Part shown: positions 14,220 to 27,699 of the stretch, in pieces | How the letters are laid out: the number at the start of each line of letters is the position of its first letter | Numbering within the stretch: position 1 is the stretch's first letter | DNA from: Octopus sinensis | Lineage: Eukaryota | DNA: 64,000 nt | Direction of reading: 5' to 3' | Assembly: GCF_006345805.1 (NCBI RefSeq) | Contig: NC_043002.1 | Coordinates: 120,156,001-120,220,000, forward strand | Notes under the pieces: model-generated | The model's input: only the letters and a program-made list of their open reading frames with translations | Told to the model about the DNA's origin: nothing | Databases searched by the model: none | Translations under genes and position numbers: made by a program

Positions 14220-14733
14220 GACTATCTGGATGAAATCCACTCAATCACACGCCAGATTTTACCATAACGATAAATACGCGTGTGGTTCAATTGATTACAT
14301 CCGACGTGTAATTCAAATTGCCCCAAACCAACAGCGCGCCAAACTTTCACGGAAAACAAATACCCATTTAGAAATAAATGCAGCATAATTATAATTAATT
14401 AATAAGGGTGAGAGAATTAGATACTAATTTAATAGTATATTTATCAACACCAAGTGGCCTAGTGCTACGAGAAACCTGGATTATTATAATATTTTATAAC
14501 ATATTACAATACTTTTACAAAACAAATATAAGAGAGTGGTCAATATATTGCTCACTCTAGCAACAGTTAATCCAAAAGGTTCAACCACGAAGATACAGTT
14601 TTCCCATGAAAGCCAGTACGACTGTTAGCTTCACACGGACAGGGCAAACGTCGGATGTAATCAATTGAACCACACGCGTATTATCGTATGGTAAAATCTG
14701 GCGTGTGATTGAGTGGATTTCATCCAGATAGTC

Positions 14734-14808
14734 TTGGCTGACGAGCTACAAATGGATTTTTTTGTAGTAATATTACAGTTAATTCATAATAGCGAAACAA
14801 TTGTCCAA
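14734..14808 (+). ncRNA. Type I hammerhead ribozyme, inverted copy with weakened stem I
   Basis: ttgg-CTGACGA-gcta...tagc-GAAA-caattg-TC-caaa. One C is missing from the 3' strand of stem I. Confidence 0.75.
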
Positions 14809-15742
14809 AATAATCTGTATTTTTGTTATTTTTACTTGCCCTGTCCGTGTGAGCTAACAGTCGTACTGGCTTTCATGGGAAACATGTATCTTCGTGGTTG
14901 AAAACCTTTTGGATTAACTGGTGCTAGAGTGAGCAATATATTGACCACTCTCTTATATTGTTTTGTAAAAGTATTGTAATATGTTATAAAAATTATAATA
15001 ATCCAGGTTTCTCGTAGCACTAGGCCACTTGGGTTGAATAAATCTACTATTAAATTAGTATCTAATTCTCTCACCCTTATTAATTAATTATATATATATA
15101 TATAATATATATTGCTGTATTTCGGGATGGTCAATTTTTTTCTTATTTTCTTTGTTGCCAAATAAACACCCCCACTGTATATATGTATTTCTTTACTCGT
15201 TTATTACTGTTATTTTATTATTTTAACGTCTTTCCATTGTCTTTCCATTTCCAAAAGATATTTTGAGTGAAATAGAGTTCCTTTCTGCTTGATTTTTTTC
15301 TCTTATCTGGATAAGAGAAAAAAAATCAATCAGAAAGGAACTCTATCTCACTCAAAATATCTTTTGATAAGCATAACAAATGCGCAACCGGTAAACTCTT
15401 ACTTTTTTTATTCTACACTGAAATCTGACATTGAACTTTTCCACAAAAAACTGTATATTACACGCTTTTACTAAATATCTTATTCTGAAACAGAACACTG
15501 TAAAAGACTCTTACTTTTTTTTCTTATACACTGAAATCATTCACAAAAACTGAACATTGTATTCTAACCCAATTTTTGTCTTTTTTTGTTTAAAAAAAGA
15601 ACTTTCACCTAATTAAATACACTCTCCCTTACTTAAATATTTTGTCAGCATTTTCTTCATTTCCTTTTTTTATATATCATAACTCGTGTTCCACATCTCC
15701 TTTTTTAAATATATATATATATATATATATATATTATACATA

Positions 15743-15776
<34 letters not shown>

Positions 15777-16028
15777 TATTATATATATATATATTATATA
15801 TATATATATATATAGTATATATATATAATATATGTATGTATATACCTGTATTTACGCACATGTATATCTATCTCTATAATGATTACATAAAGCAAAACAT
15901 ACAAATTTGCACCTATACACACAGAAATACCGTTGTTGATGTTGAGGTTCCAATAAAGGTGCTTTGGATCAACGTTAGAAACCAGCTCATTCTCCATTGG
16001 AAAGAATTCTTGAAAGTAAACCAAATTA

Positions 16029-16374
16029 CTACATACATACATACATACATAATACATACATACACACATACATACATACATACATGCATACATACATACA
16101 TACATACATACATACACAAATACATACACAAATACATACATACATACATATATACACAAATACATACATAAATACACACACACATACATACATACATACA
16201 TGCATACATACATACATACATACATACATACACAAATACATACATAAATACACACACACATACATACATACATACATGCATACATACATACATACATACA
16301 TACATACACAAATACATACACAAATACATACATACATACAACATACATACATACATACACAAATACATACACAA

Positions 16375-16405
<31 letters not shown>

Positions 16406-17064
16406 CATACATACATACATACACAAATACATACATACATACATACGTACATACACAAATACATACACAAATACATACATACATACATACATACATACAC
16501 AAATACATACATACACAAATACATACACAAATACATACATACATACATACATACATACACAAATACATACACAAATACATACATACATACATACATACAC
16601 AAATACATACACAAATACATACATACATACATACATACATACACAAATACATACATACACAAATACATACACAAATACATACATACATACATACATACAC
16701 AAATACATACACAAATACATACATACATACATACATACATACATACATACATACACAAATACATACATACACACATACATACACAAATACATAGATACAT
16801 ACATACATACACAAATACATACATACACAAATACATACACAAATACATACACAAATACATGCATACATACATACGTACATACACAAATACATACATACAA
16901 ACATACATACATACATACATACATACACAAATACATACATACAAACATACATACATACATACATACACAAATACATACATACATATACAAATACATACAC
17001 AAATACATACATACATATACAAATACATACATACATACATACATACAAACATACATACATACAT
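16029..17064. repeat. ~1-kb (TACA)n tetranucleotide array with recurring CAAA variant units
   Basis: Directly visible; accounts for the long MYVC/YIHT ORFs. Confidence 0.97.
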
Positions 17065-17959
17065 AAAGTACAGTAAAGATAGATGCTGGTAAAAGGTACG
17101 TTTAGGGCTAGAAGAGTAAAAAAAGAAAACCTACCGCTATTTTAACTCCATGGGGTGCAAAACGTTAATCAGTTCGAAAAAATCATTAATTTAGAATATA
17201 ACTTCAATATAATATTCTTAATAGCTCTTTGTCTAAGCACTAAATTACATTTACAAGCCTGGGAACCTTTCATATGATACTTCTAATACCATCAAAAATC
17301 TGAATGTATACGGTGTCATATTGATTACATGATTGTATTTACTGTATTCAAGCAATAACATTGCTCCAACGAAAGCCATGATGAAATTATCAAAGTACAA
17401 TGTGTATAGCAACTTATCTACTTATCCGTGGCGATATTTTATCGCTGTTTACTGAATAATAAAAGGATCAATCATTGACATACACTTATACATTTATGGT
17501 TAGGTCTTATTACTACAAACGATCACTTTTTATATACTTCTTTTTCCTTTTGCAACAATACTAACTTTTTCTTTAATTACCGTCGGGCTCTCGATTTTGA
17601 TGAATTAAGTTCAAGAAATGATTGACAATTCAATACTTGAGACGACAATAACGTGTTGTAGAAAGCTGTAAAGAGCATCTAAGTATATTTTATATTCCTT
17701 TTGAACATTTTAAGTTAACATGTTCAATTTTATTCGTGAAAATCTATTTTAAAAATTAGAATTACAGCAGAAAATAATCTGTACTACAGAATAATAAGTA
17801 CCACAGGTCTGTTGGCTAATTCGGTGAGTTTGTTTATGCAAACTATTATCTCACATAATTTTATCCTTAATTAGTGTCCAGCATATTTTAAAGACTTCAC
17901 ATTTATTAATATTAATCTCGGGGTAATACTATATGTGTATCATGTCATGTCTTACTTCA

Positions 17960-18510
17960 GTAATATTTTCAAAGCTCTACTTCAGAAATGCGTTGCTAAA
18001 ATAGAGGCACCCAAAATAATTAAAATCCCAGACTGTGAGAGAGCAGAAGGGCTTCGCATGAAACTCAGCAGCCAACGTTCATGGAACTCAACAGCCAATA
18101 TTTCAACATTCTTAAAATGGAAACATTCACTTGTTATCTACCAATGAAATGATAGTGCTAAAATCAAGTTCCTCATCGAACTTAAGGCGACTGGCTGGAT
18201 CCACGAAACACCTGGAACGACAAATTTCGATCATAAATCTCACTCTGCAAATCATTCGTCAAATAGTCTGAGGAACCTATTTGTCACGGATTGATTATCG
18301 AGATAGGAGTAGAAAAGCTTTGCGCAAACAACACTCTTTGTCTTGCACATTAATGGAAACGAGCGAGGTGCCAACCTCACAGTTTCCTTTCTACTATAAT
18401 TTGAGACACTTTTTATTCTGTTAAACATGGGAAACAAACTCTGTTCATGACCATATTCAAAGCCTCCTATATCGAAAGAAGGACGAAGGAAGATCTGCAT
18501 CACATGGTTT
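17960..18510 (-). pseudogene. Highly decayed mariner-like transposase
   Basis: RKETVRLAPRSF...KTKSVVCAKLF...RFLRLFDE resembles the WVP(R/H).L...FL..I.T.DE block. Downstream HAKPFCSLTVWDF*LF resembles HPPYSPDLAPSDF.LF. Confidence 0.4.
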
Positions 18511-19065
18511 CGGAGGAGTGGACTCGCCTAAAGAGATCCAAGGAGTAGTCGATCGTGTGAAACTAGGTAACGGATTAAGTTTATTGCCCAAATAGATTAT
18601 GTCACTAGCTGAACTCAGAACACAACCAGCCAGAAGGAAATTCGTAAGACAATCTCTTCGATGCGTCAGTGCTTCCGGCAGCTCACTACTCTAAAGTGTC
18701 ATTATATTTATCAACTCTGAAAATCAAAAATCAAAGCTGACCTGGGTCATTAAAACCACTTCAGCTACAACCCCTTCCATAAAATCAGATGCTTATTTAT
18801 ACAAATGTATTTAATTACAATTTTTTTAAAGTAAATACGAAGTATTGTTATACTGGCAGATGAAAGCAGCATTACAAGTCAAATATGCCTCGCGTTTGGC
18901 GCGTCTTTGTTCCATGAATTTCTTACTAATTATTTCAATAATTAAAATACTATAGATTTGCAATTAGCTGTGTATATATGAAAATTAAAAGGCTTGCATG
19001 TAAGGTTCACTTTCGTTGCCATAATTTCTTCAACATTCTATTTTCTTTAAGCTGAATGTATATAT

Positions 19066-19468
19066 AGGCGCAGGAGTGGCTGTGTGGTAAGTAGCTTGTT
19101 TACCAACCACATGGTTCCGGGTTCAGTCCCACTGCGTGGCACCTTGGGCAAGTGTCTTCTACTATAGCCCCGGGCCGACCAAAGCCTTGTGAGCGGATTT
19201 GGTAGACGGAAACTGAAAGAAGCCCGTCGTATATATGTATATATATATATATATGCGTGTGTGTGTTTGTGTGTCTGTGTTTGTCCCCCTAGCATTGCTT
19301 GACAACCGATGCTGGTGTGTTTGTGTCCCCGTCACTTAGCGGTTCGGCAAAAGAGACCGATAGAATAAGTACTGGACTTACAAAAGAATAAGTCCCAGGG
19401 TCGAGTTGTTCGATTAAAGGCGGTGCTCCAGCATGGCCGCAGTCAAATGACTGAAACAAGTAAAGAGT
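19066..19468 (+). mobile_element. SINE family A, full length
   Basis: aggcgcaggagtggctgtgtggtaag head through the cagtcaaatgactgaaacaagtaaagag tail. Confidence 0.9.
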
Positions 19469-19539
19469 ATATATATTGACACGTATAATAACAAAAGTAA
19501 TAGCTGCTGGCTTAAGCACAACGCTAGTAATTGTAAGGT

Positions 19540-19692
19540 GAGGGTTTGATCCCAATACTTGAATGGCGCTTTATTTTATTTATCTTGAAAGGAGGAATGC
19601 AAAATTCCCCTCGACAGGATTGGAACTCAGAACGAAAAGAGTCAGAACTAATACTCCATAGTATTTTTCCGACACTCTAACGATTCTGCTCT
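19540..19692 (-). mobile_element. SINE family B, decayed
   Basis: Reverse-complement similarity to family B (gaactcagaacg, gctaacg-like segments). Confidence 0.5.
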
Positions 19693-19694
19693 CT

Positions 19695-19985
19695 CTTCTT
19701 CTCCTCCTCATTCTTCTTCTTCTTCTTCTTCTTCTTATTATTATATTATTATTATTATTATTATTGTTGTTGTTGTGAGTTACTACTATACTACTACTAC
19801 TACTACTATACTACTACTACTACTACTGTACTACTACTACTATCTGTATATTTCGTACAGTCACTGCCGAGACTCACTTAGCGTTCGGGCGAGTAGGTAA
19901 GAGATACTACATATGCTGAGAGCTTCGGAAAGGAGTAGTGAATATCTCATGTGATACAACAAGGCATTATTATTATATTATATAT

Positions 19986-20021
<36 letters not shown>

Positions 20022-20075
20022 AGTAGTAGTAGTAGTAGCAGCAGCAGCAGCAGCAGCAGCAGACGCAGCAGCAGC

Positions 20076-20117
<42 letters not shown>

Positions 20118-20122
20118 TGTAG
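19695..20122. repeat. Compound trinucleotide microsatellites (CTT, ATT, TAC, TAG, CAG)
   Basis: Directly visible. Confidence 0.9.
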
Positions 20123-20550
20123 TAAGCTGGCAAAATTGTTAGCAAAGCGGACAAAAATACTTAGCGATATTTTGCCCCTTTTCACGTTCTGATTTCAATT
20201 TCTGCCGATGTCGAATTAGTCTTTCATTCTTCCTGGGTCGATAAAAGAAGCTCTAGTCAAACACTGGGATCGAATTAATCGACTAACTCTCTCCCACAAA
20301 ATATCTGGTCTTGTACCTCTAGCAGAAAAGATTCTAAGGTTGCGAGCCGGCAGAACCGTTAGCATGCCGGGGAAAATGCTTAGCAGTATGGCGTCCGTCT
20401 TTACGTTGTGAATTCAAATACCGCCGCAGCCGACATTACCTTTCATCGTTTTGGGGTCGATAAAATAAGTTCCATTCAAGCACTGGGTTTGATGTAATCA
20501 ACTTACCCTCGTTCTTAAAACTGCTGGCCTTGTACCTTAATCTAAGACCA
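20123..20550 (+). mobile_element. Two tandem, older SINE family B copies
   Basis: Two successive blocks with gctggca.aa..gttagca, ctttcat...gggtcgataaaa and cactggg segments. Confidence 0.75.
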
Positions 20551-21879
20551 TTGTTTACCCTCAATTCTACGTTGAAAGAAATAGATCGAAATTAACGGTG
20601 TGTTTCTAACGTAAATACTTTTCAGTATTCAGCTATAATCTCGTGTGCTCTGAATGTAAATCTTGTCTTAATCGTCTCCATTTTTTTCCTATCCGGGATA
20701 AAATAACTGTTAGACATTCAATGATCTCGGTTCATTTCACTTCCTCCGTCAAATTCTGCTAATGGGAGACATCATTATTCATATTTGTTTATAAAATTAT
20801 AGCATTTTCATGAATTGTTGGTTACGTTTAACTTCTGGTAAAAAACTTTTCTCGAACAGACCATTACAAAAAGTTTATAGCAATAAATTATTTGTTACTC
20901 ACATACGAAATGAGAGAAAGCAAGCCTTCCGGTTGCTGAAACTCACGTATCATTCAAGCTACTGAAGTTTACTTGTTACAACAAGTCTCTGTTGGAAACG
21001 GTGTTAAAATCAATAATATTTCAATTAAACTATTTATGCCAACGTTTATTCAATAAAAACTGAAAACAAAAGAAAAAATATATTTTGAACATCTTTTTCA
21101 TTCACAAAAGGAATTAACTTTTTCATGCTCGATTTTTTCCTTCAGTGTATTTTTAGTGTTAATTAACAAAACCATTTATTGAAATTATTCAAAGTTCTCT
21201 TCCTTCTTAATTTTCTTTGAGTATGTGTTTTAATGAGCTCGGTATTCTAAATTCTAAATATAGTGCTTGTCATTCATCTGACACTCGCAGCGTTTTATTC
21301 ATTAGTGGCTCTGTCTTAAATGCGTGACACAGAGCAGTCTTGAAATTGACTCATTGAAAACATGATATAGCTATAATAAACAACACTTGTTTTTACAAAA
21401 TCTTCATCTATTTAAAATCCATGCTCATTTATTAGAAGATATTTCAATAAATTTATATGATGACCAATTTACAGTTTACAAATCATATTTCAATTTAATG
21501 TTTATACATTGTTGCAACAAAAAAATACTAGAACTATCTGAGTTTATGGGGGAGCAGAGAAGGGAATTAAAAAATATTTGGTAAGAGATTTACAAGATAT
21601 ACCATTTTAAGAAGAAACGAACTGATACTAAAATCTATAAATTATCATTATTTACAATAAAATCTTAGTAAAGTATGAGAGAGCTGAGACGTGTAAGTCT
21701 GTGGTAAGAAACTCTTAAGAGGGCTGAACAGCAGAAAGTCTTCAGAAGAGAAACCCCGCCTCAGGCAAGTGTTTCGGCCTTACCGTCTTATATTCTAAAG
21801 AGGCGAGGCCACATGCAGATGAAGACTTAAGTTAGTGGGGGAAATATTTGAATATTAGTCACATGAGTTCGGACGTCAA

Positions 21880-23485
21880 TCTATATATATAAAACTGAGA
21901 ATGTGTGTGTGTCTGTCTGTGTGTTTCCCTAAATCTTCAGAACTATACAGTCAATTTCATTCAAATTTTACACATGCCTTACTTAGGGTCCATGTAGTTT
22001 CATGGGCAAAAAAATGTTCAACTTCTTGCCTAGGGCGAGCCCATATCAATATCATATTTTCTCCACTATTTCAGTATTACGTGTTAAAAGTGAAACAAAA
22101 GCATTTCTCTATTTTATGTCAGATACTTTCACTTTAACAATAAAAATAATAATAACAATTGAATTATATGTAGTAAGTAATAATTAAAGTCAAACTAAAG
22201 TATAATATATTAATTAAATCGTAACATAATAATTAAAAGTAAAAATAGCAATTGGTATAAAATTGCATCAATGACCTGAACTTGAATAAGTGGTTTCACA
22301 TGAATGGGAATAAATTAAAAATAAAATTAGTGTGCAGAAATGGAATAGTCCAGATGAAGCTGTGCACATACACTTTACCACGGCTTTTACATTAGATTAT
22401 CTGCTAATTAGCTAGCATTAAGTATCTATATGAAGTTTGGCTGTATGTAATGTCTGTTTTCTTGAAAAGCCACTTCTAATGAGTACTGCTGTTGGTTTAT
22501 TTCTTATACATAAAGGACTATAGCTTCAACTGCGTACTGCTTTTTGATTCACCGTAAGGTTTGTTGTTATTATTATTACTGTTTAACTATTGTTATCACG
22601 TTTGTTGGTTCCTCGTAAGGGAAACGTTGTTGTGTTGTATTTGTTAAATAATTGTAAACCGTAACCCTCCCCCTTTGGGAGAAGGAGCTTTGGTTATTGT
22701 TTAAAAAGTGTGTCCCTGTTTGGGGAAATTGACAATATTTTTACCGTTTATACCGAAACATTTTTGTTAAAATGCCTTCGATAGAAGAAAGTCCAAAAAT
22801 GAATTTCGCTGCAGCCGTCGGCGGGCGCAAACTCATTAAAATTAAAATGGAAGAAATACAAACCTATTTCGGATGGATCACCGACAAAGACGGTGAATCT
22901 AGGATAACAACACCAAACGAAATAAAAAATTAAAGAAAAGAAAAGACTATTGTCTCTAAAATATACAATGTAGAGAAAAAAAAAGATTTGAACATCTGGA
23001 GGAAAGCACCATCAAAAAGTGTCTTGGTGCGACTATGAAAGATATCAAGTATCTAAACAGAGGCGGTAAATTCGCCACACAAGAAGCAAGGTTCGAGTCA
23101 AGAGAGCATGCAAGAGAGTACTCGACTCGGACCTTGCAAAGTGGAAATATTTTATTTTTACCTTTATATCTGGGACGTAGGACGTGCCGGATAAAAATTA
23201 AAAACGTCCCCCCAGAAGTAGAGGTAGACTGGATTGTAGCCACACGTCTATACAAGAGGGAGGACAAGATACAATTGATCGAAATTGCAAGAGACGGGCC
23301 TACAATTCCAGTCTGTTATATATTTTGAGTATTGTTATCACTAGTGATATCAAGATATAACTTTGTATTTTGTATTTTATGTGTAGATGTATATATATAG
23401 ATGTATATGTAATATGTACACATACATATACACATATATAAATGCACTAACACTATGACCCGGAAACGACGGGTCATAATGATAG
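21880..23485 (+). mobile_element. Non-autonomous Helitron
   Basis: 5' a|TCtatatatataaaactg, the same start as the Helitron at 48884. Subterminal hairpin tgacccg...cgggtca at 23456-23476, then aTAG|t (degenerate CTAG). Confidence 0.65.
22900..23295 (+). pseudogene. ORF1-like fragment of a Tx1/L1-type LINE nested in the Helitron
   Basis: ORF 23035-23328 (KYLNRGGKF...FLPLYLGRRTCRIKIKNVPPEVEVDWIVA) resembles the RRM-like region of Tx1-type ORF1. A probable 5' UTR starts near 22520. Confidence 0.5.
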
Positions 23486-23869
23486 TATTTCTATAAAAAG
23501 TGAATATACATTTGCTACAAGTCTTGTAGCAACAATGTAGTCTCGTAAAGTGCAGTGTAGTGACTAGAATACTAGAAATGTAATCTGATAAGCTAAACAA
23601 CTAATGTATGTAGAGGGTATAACTACAGTACATCAATGATCTTCAGACGATATCAATACTTTGCAATATGCTTCTGTATCAAAACGGAAAGATGTACCTT
23701 GGTGAGAAGAACAAAATCACGTATTACTTGTCTATAAAGTTCGCATGTTGATGAATGTATTAAAGCAAGAGAAATATGACATAAATAGGCAGTAATTAAT
23801 ATCTAACTTTATATTTTGGAATCCTGTTTCTTTAGTTACCTGTTTGAGCTCTTCAATTTATGAATGCAC

Positions 23870-24330
23870 GATATGCTCAAACCTTGTCAATATACATTTA
23901 CCGTCGTCGTTGTCCAGTAGTTTCGATATATGTCTTCCGGTGTTCTTATGCATCACCGACAACAGTATCTCGAACCTACTCTTGCAGTCTTTGGGGCGAG
24001 GGGCAGCATATGGACCTCGTGATCAATTTTACCTTCTCCTACCTTCGAGAAAACATACACTTCGATCTTGTCAGATATTTTCTGGGGACAAAAGTAAATC
24101 ACGAGACGATGTTAGCGTTAATCACTTTCATCTGACCTTCCAATTACAGCTCTCTGACATCCTATTGACCCATATCTAATAAAAAGTCGCCAACTCCATC
24201 TGGAGGTCTTTACCATCGATCCAGCGAAAAATATCACCGACCGCCTTCTATGCGCCATTTCAAGAGCTGAGTAGCTAGTTTACCGATATCTTCTGTTTAA
24301 TAAATACTAGTTTGCTGCTGCTACTCATCC
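23870..24330 (-). pseudogene. Decayed Tx1/L1-type ORF2 fragment, post-RT region
   Basis: Manual translation gives LQLEGQMKVINANIVS and LITRSICCPSPQ, matching the LSLxGR..V.N and VxR..C.P...GGL pattern. Confidence 0.5.
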
Positions 24331-24457
24331 AGTGGAATATCAATCTCGATTTCTGATAACTGTCACCATGACAATAACTCTATCCGCCACTCATTTAAAA
24401 ACGTAATGTCACATGCAACAAGAGCAATATATATTTATAAAATAGATATGTATATAT

Positions 24458-24853
24458 AGGCGCAGGAGTGGTTGTGTAGCTTGCTAACCAGCCACATGGT
24501 TCCGGGTTCAATCCCACTGCGTGGCATCTTGGGCAAGTGTCTTCTACTATAGCCCCGGGCCGACCAATGCCTTGTGAGTGGATTTGGTAGACGGAAACTG
24601 AAAGAAGCCCGTCGTATATATGTATATATATATATATGCGTTTGTGTGTCTGTATTTGTCCCCCTAGCATTGCTTGACAACCGATGCTGGTGTGTTTATG
24701 TCGCCGTTACTTAGCGGTTCAGCAAAAAAGAGACCGATAGAATAAGTACAGGGCTTACAAAAGAATAAGTCCCGGGGTCGAGTTGCTCGATTAAAGGCGG
24801 TGCTCCAGCATGGCCGCAGTCAAATGACTGAAACAAGTAAAAGAGTAAAGAGT
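24458..24853 (+). mobile_element. SINE family A, full length
   Basis: High identity to 19066-19468. Confidence 0.9.
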
Positions 24854-26519
24854 ATATATTTATAAAAGTTATAACATTAAAAGTTATAAGTATATTTACT
24901 TTGCTCTGATATATTCTAGAAATGGAAATATTTAGACGCCCAAGGTTCTTCAAAGACCGTTTAGATAAATGAAACCGTTTCAATTACTAAATATAACAAC
25001 CTTACCCGCGATTTGTTAGTTATAAATTTCGACAACAAAATAAGGTACATAAACAATATTAAAAATAAAAACTTCAAAGTATTTATCATACATGCAAAGT
25101 AATCAGATGAAAATTGACCTTGGATACAGAAACTGAATTCGCACTTATACCAATGTATCATCAGGGGTTGCCAATAACTTATCGTCATCACGGATTTTTA
25201 AACAATTAAAAACTCTCACCTGTAATTTTATGAAGGTGTACATGAAAATAATTCTCCAAAAATTAAATAAAATTAAAACTTCCTATTCTTTGGTTTGGAA
25301 ATATTCCCCAGCTTTTCCTTGTATATGTCGTATTTCTACGGATTATTGTATCAGGTATGTTTCTTTTATCAAATATTTCGAACATAAACGTCTTCATTTC
25401 TTTGTAACCTTTTCATATGTGCAACCCATACTCAGAGGTATGGATTATACACTTGAAATAGAAATATCAGGTAATGCTACAAATTTGTCTTGCTTTCTTT
25501 TTGTAGTTTATATCTTCTCGCATTTTCCCAACAAATCTCTTTAAAATACAATACACTTTCTTCATGAGTGTCGCTAAATACTCTAATATGTTATACTTTG
25601 AAATTAATCAATTACCTTTAGCTTTTGATTTTATCAATTTGCTTTTGTTAATTAGTATTTATACATACTCAATATTCAAAAACACGATATAATAAATTGC
25701 ATGTTTTTATTATCTTGATTATCTTATCAACCTTCCGAATATATAAAATCATATTCACAGAACGCCTCCTTATTTTAGTATCTAAACTTAGATACCATAA
25801 AGCAACTGATCCAGTACCTACTGCCTTAATCAACTCGACTTTAAGACAAAGCCATCGTATTTGATTGTAGAAACACCCTATATTGTGATCATTTAAAAAA
25901 ATAACTTGCATCATGCCGTATATAAATTCGTCGCTTAACTGCACTTTAGCACACGAAATGGAACAAACAATCTGATTCTCGCAAAATGTCTTTCTTAAGT
26001 ATTTAGATTACTTTAACTCCTTTAATTACACAAAAGCGAGGCGAGTGCAACGTTTATAGAATCGAATTTAATTTAAGACTACAGCTAAACTGTGTGATTT
26101 AAGAATAGAGATCTCTTCATTTTCGGTTTTGTAATGTGAATAACAATTTATGTTGTTATTTGCAACGCTACCATAAAAATACAATAACAATTGCCCCCAA
26201 ATTCGAAATAGTTATTTATCACGTGTGTATTCTGCCTTCTCTTTTTCCTTACAGCATGTTGACACTTGTTTGGCGCACCGATTAGTGCAAGAGTTAATCA
26301 ATATGATGACTTCAGAATAAATTTTTTAGAATGACAATACTTGCCTTCTTTTGAGTCTTAAATTTTTGCTGTTGCTTACATTTTCATACCACACTAAAGA
26401 ACAAGTAGATGTTTTCTAGAAGTGATGAAGTGAAATCTCCACAGGGAGGATAGTATTTTCGTGTATTTGAGAAAAGGGAAGATACGAACTAGAAAAGAGG
26501 CTGACAAACAGATCGCGAA

Positions 26520-26790
26520 AGTCAGTGACAAAAAGAGAAAAGGACAGTAAGAAAAAAAGGAAGGAAAGAACGAGGGAGGGAAGAAAACGGAAAGGAAAAG
26601 AAGGAAAAGAAAGAAGACAGAAAGAAAGAAAAGAAAGGAGAAAATAAAGAAAGAAAGAGAGAGAAAGGAAAATGAAAGAATGAGAAAGAAAGGAAAAAGA
26701 AGGAATGACAGAAAGAGAGAAACAAACAAACAAACAAAATAATATAAAGGGAAGTGAAGACGAATGAAATAAGCAGAAGAGCAAAAGAAA
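26520..26790. repeat. Purine-rich (GAAA/GGAA) low-complexity tract
   Basis: Directly visible. Confidence 0.9.
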
Positions 26791-27458
26791 TGAAACTAAT
26801 GTTAAATATAGACCGTTGATAGTTGAGAGTGACTATTCTCTACACTTACATTCCTACCATGTGAGATCAGGAAAAATAGATGGCTGAAAGAAAAGAGAGG
26901 AGAATCAACATGGAAGTAGAGGTGTATTAATGAGATGGCATCAGGAAAGACGAACAACTATACACGTATCTGTATAGAGAGAGGGCCAAAAGAGTTGACA
27001 ATAAAATGTAAATGTTTTAATGATTAATGCATTCTTGTTATGTTCTTTCTCTGGGCAAAATTTAGTTATCATTAATCACAGCTTATCTGCAGCTAAAAAT
27101 ATTTCTGTTAACTTAATTATAAAAAGATCTTGATTAGAAAGTTAATGACAATTGAAAGATGCCTTTACATTTGGGTATAAAATCTGAAAAATCTTACACA
27201 GTTGAATCAATATTATGTAGGGTAATGTGTTGTCAGATGCGTATAGTGATGGGCAAAAAGTTGTGTGGTATATGCTCGGATCTTTGCGTTGTGGTTTCAA
27301 ATCTTGCCGTGGCTAACTTTGCATCTCATTACACCACAATTGATAATTACTACTGTGTGCGTGTGTGTGCGCGCGCGAGCGCTTGCGTGCCTGTGATGGC
27401 TATCCACTCGTGACCGAGGAAGACAATCAGTGACCATTAGAAACATAATGCACTCATT

Positions 27459-27658
27459 AAGGCGGCGAGCTGGCAGAAACGTTAGCACGCCCGTCTGCCG
27501 TTACGTTTTGAGTTCAAATTCCGCCGAGGTCGACTTTGCCTTTCATCCTTTCGGAGTCGATAAATTAAGTACCAGTTACGCTCTGGGGTCGATGTAATCG
27601 ACTTAATTCCTTTGTTTGTCCCCTCTGTGTTTAGCCCTTGTGGGCAATAAAGAAATAA
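27459..27658 (+). mobile_element. SINE family B with internal deletion
   Basis: Matches the 7579 copy. Confidence 0.85.
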
Positions 27659-27699
27659 GAAACATAGTGCACTCAGACAAATCCTACTTTACACTTGTA

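Larger units (their letters stand above)
13978..15090. mobile_element. Penelope pLTR/retrozyme-like element: ~539-nt tandem unit plus inverted arm, in (TA)n
   Basis: 13978-14109 repeats at 14517-14647. 14648-15090 is the reverse complement of 14307 to 13978 continuing into 14516 to 14392. Confidence 0.75.

Noticed and set aside
14845-14896. Second HHR in the 539-nt unit (GAAA-catg-TA)
   Set aside because: Only the 3' half is present; no upstream core or stem I partner.
15794-17064. Long ORFs of 265-420 aa
   Set aside because: Translations of the (TACA)n array, open in several frames on both strands.
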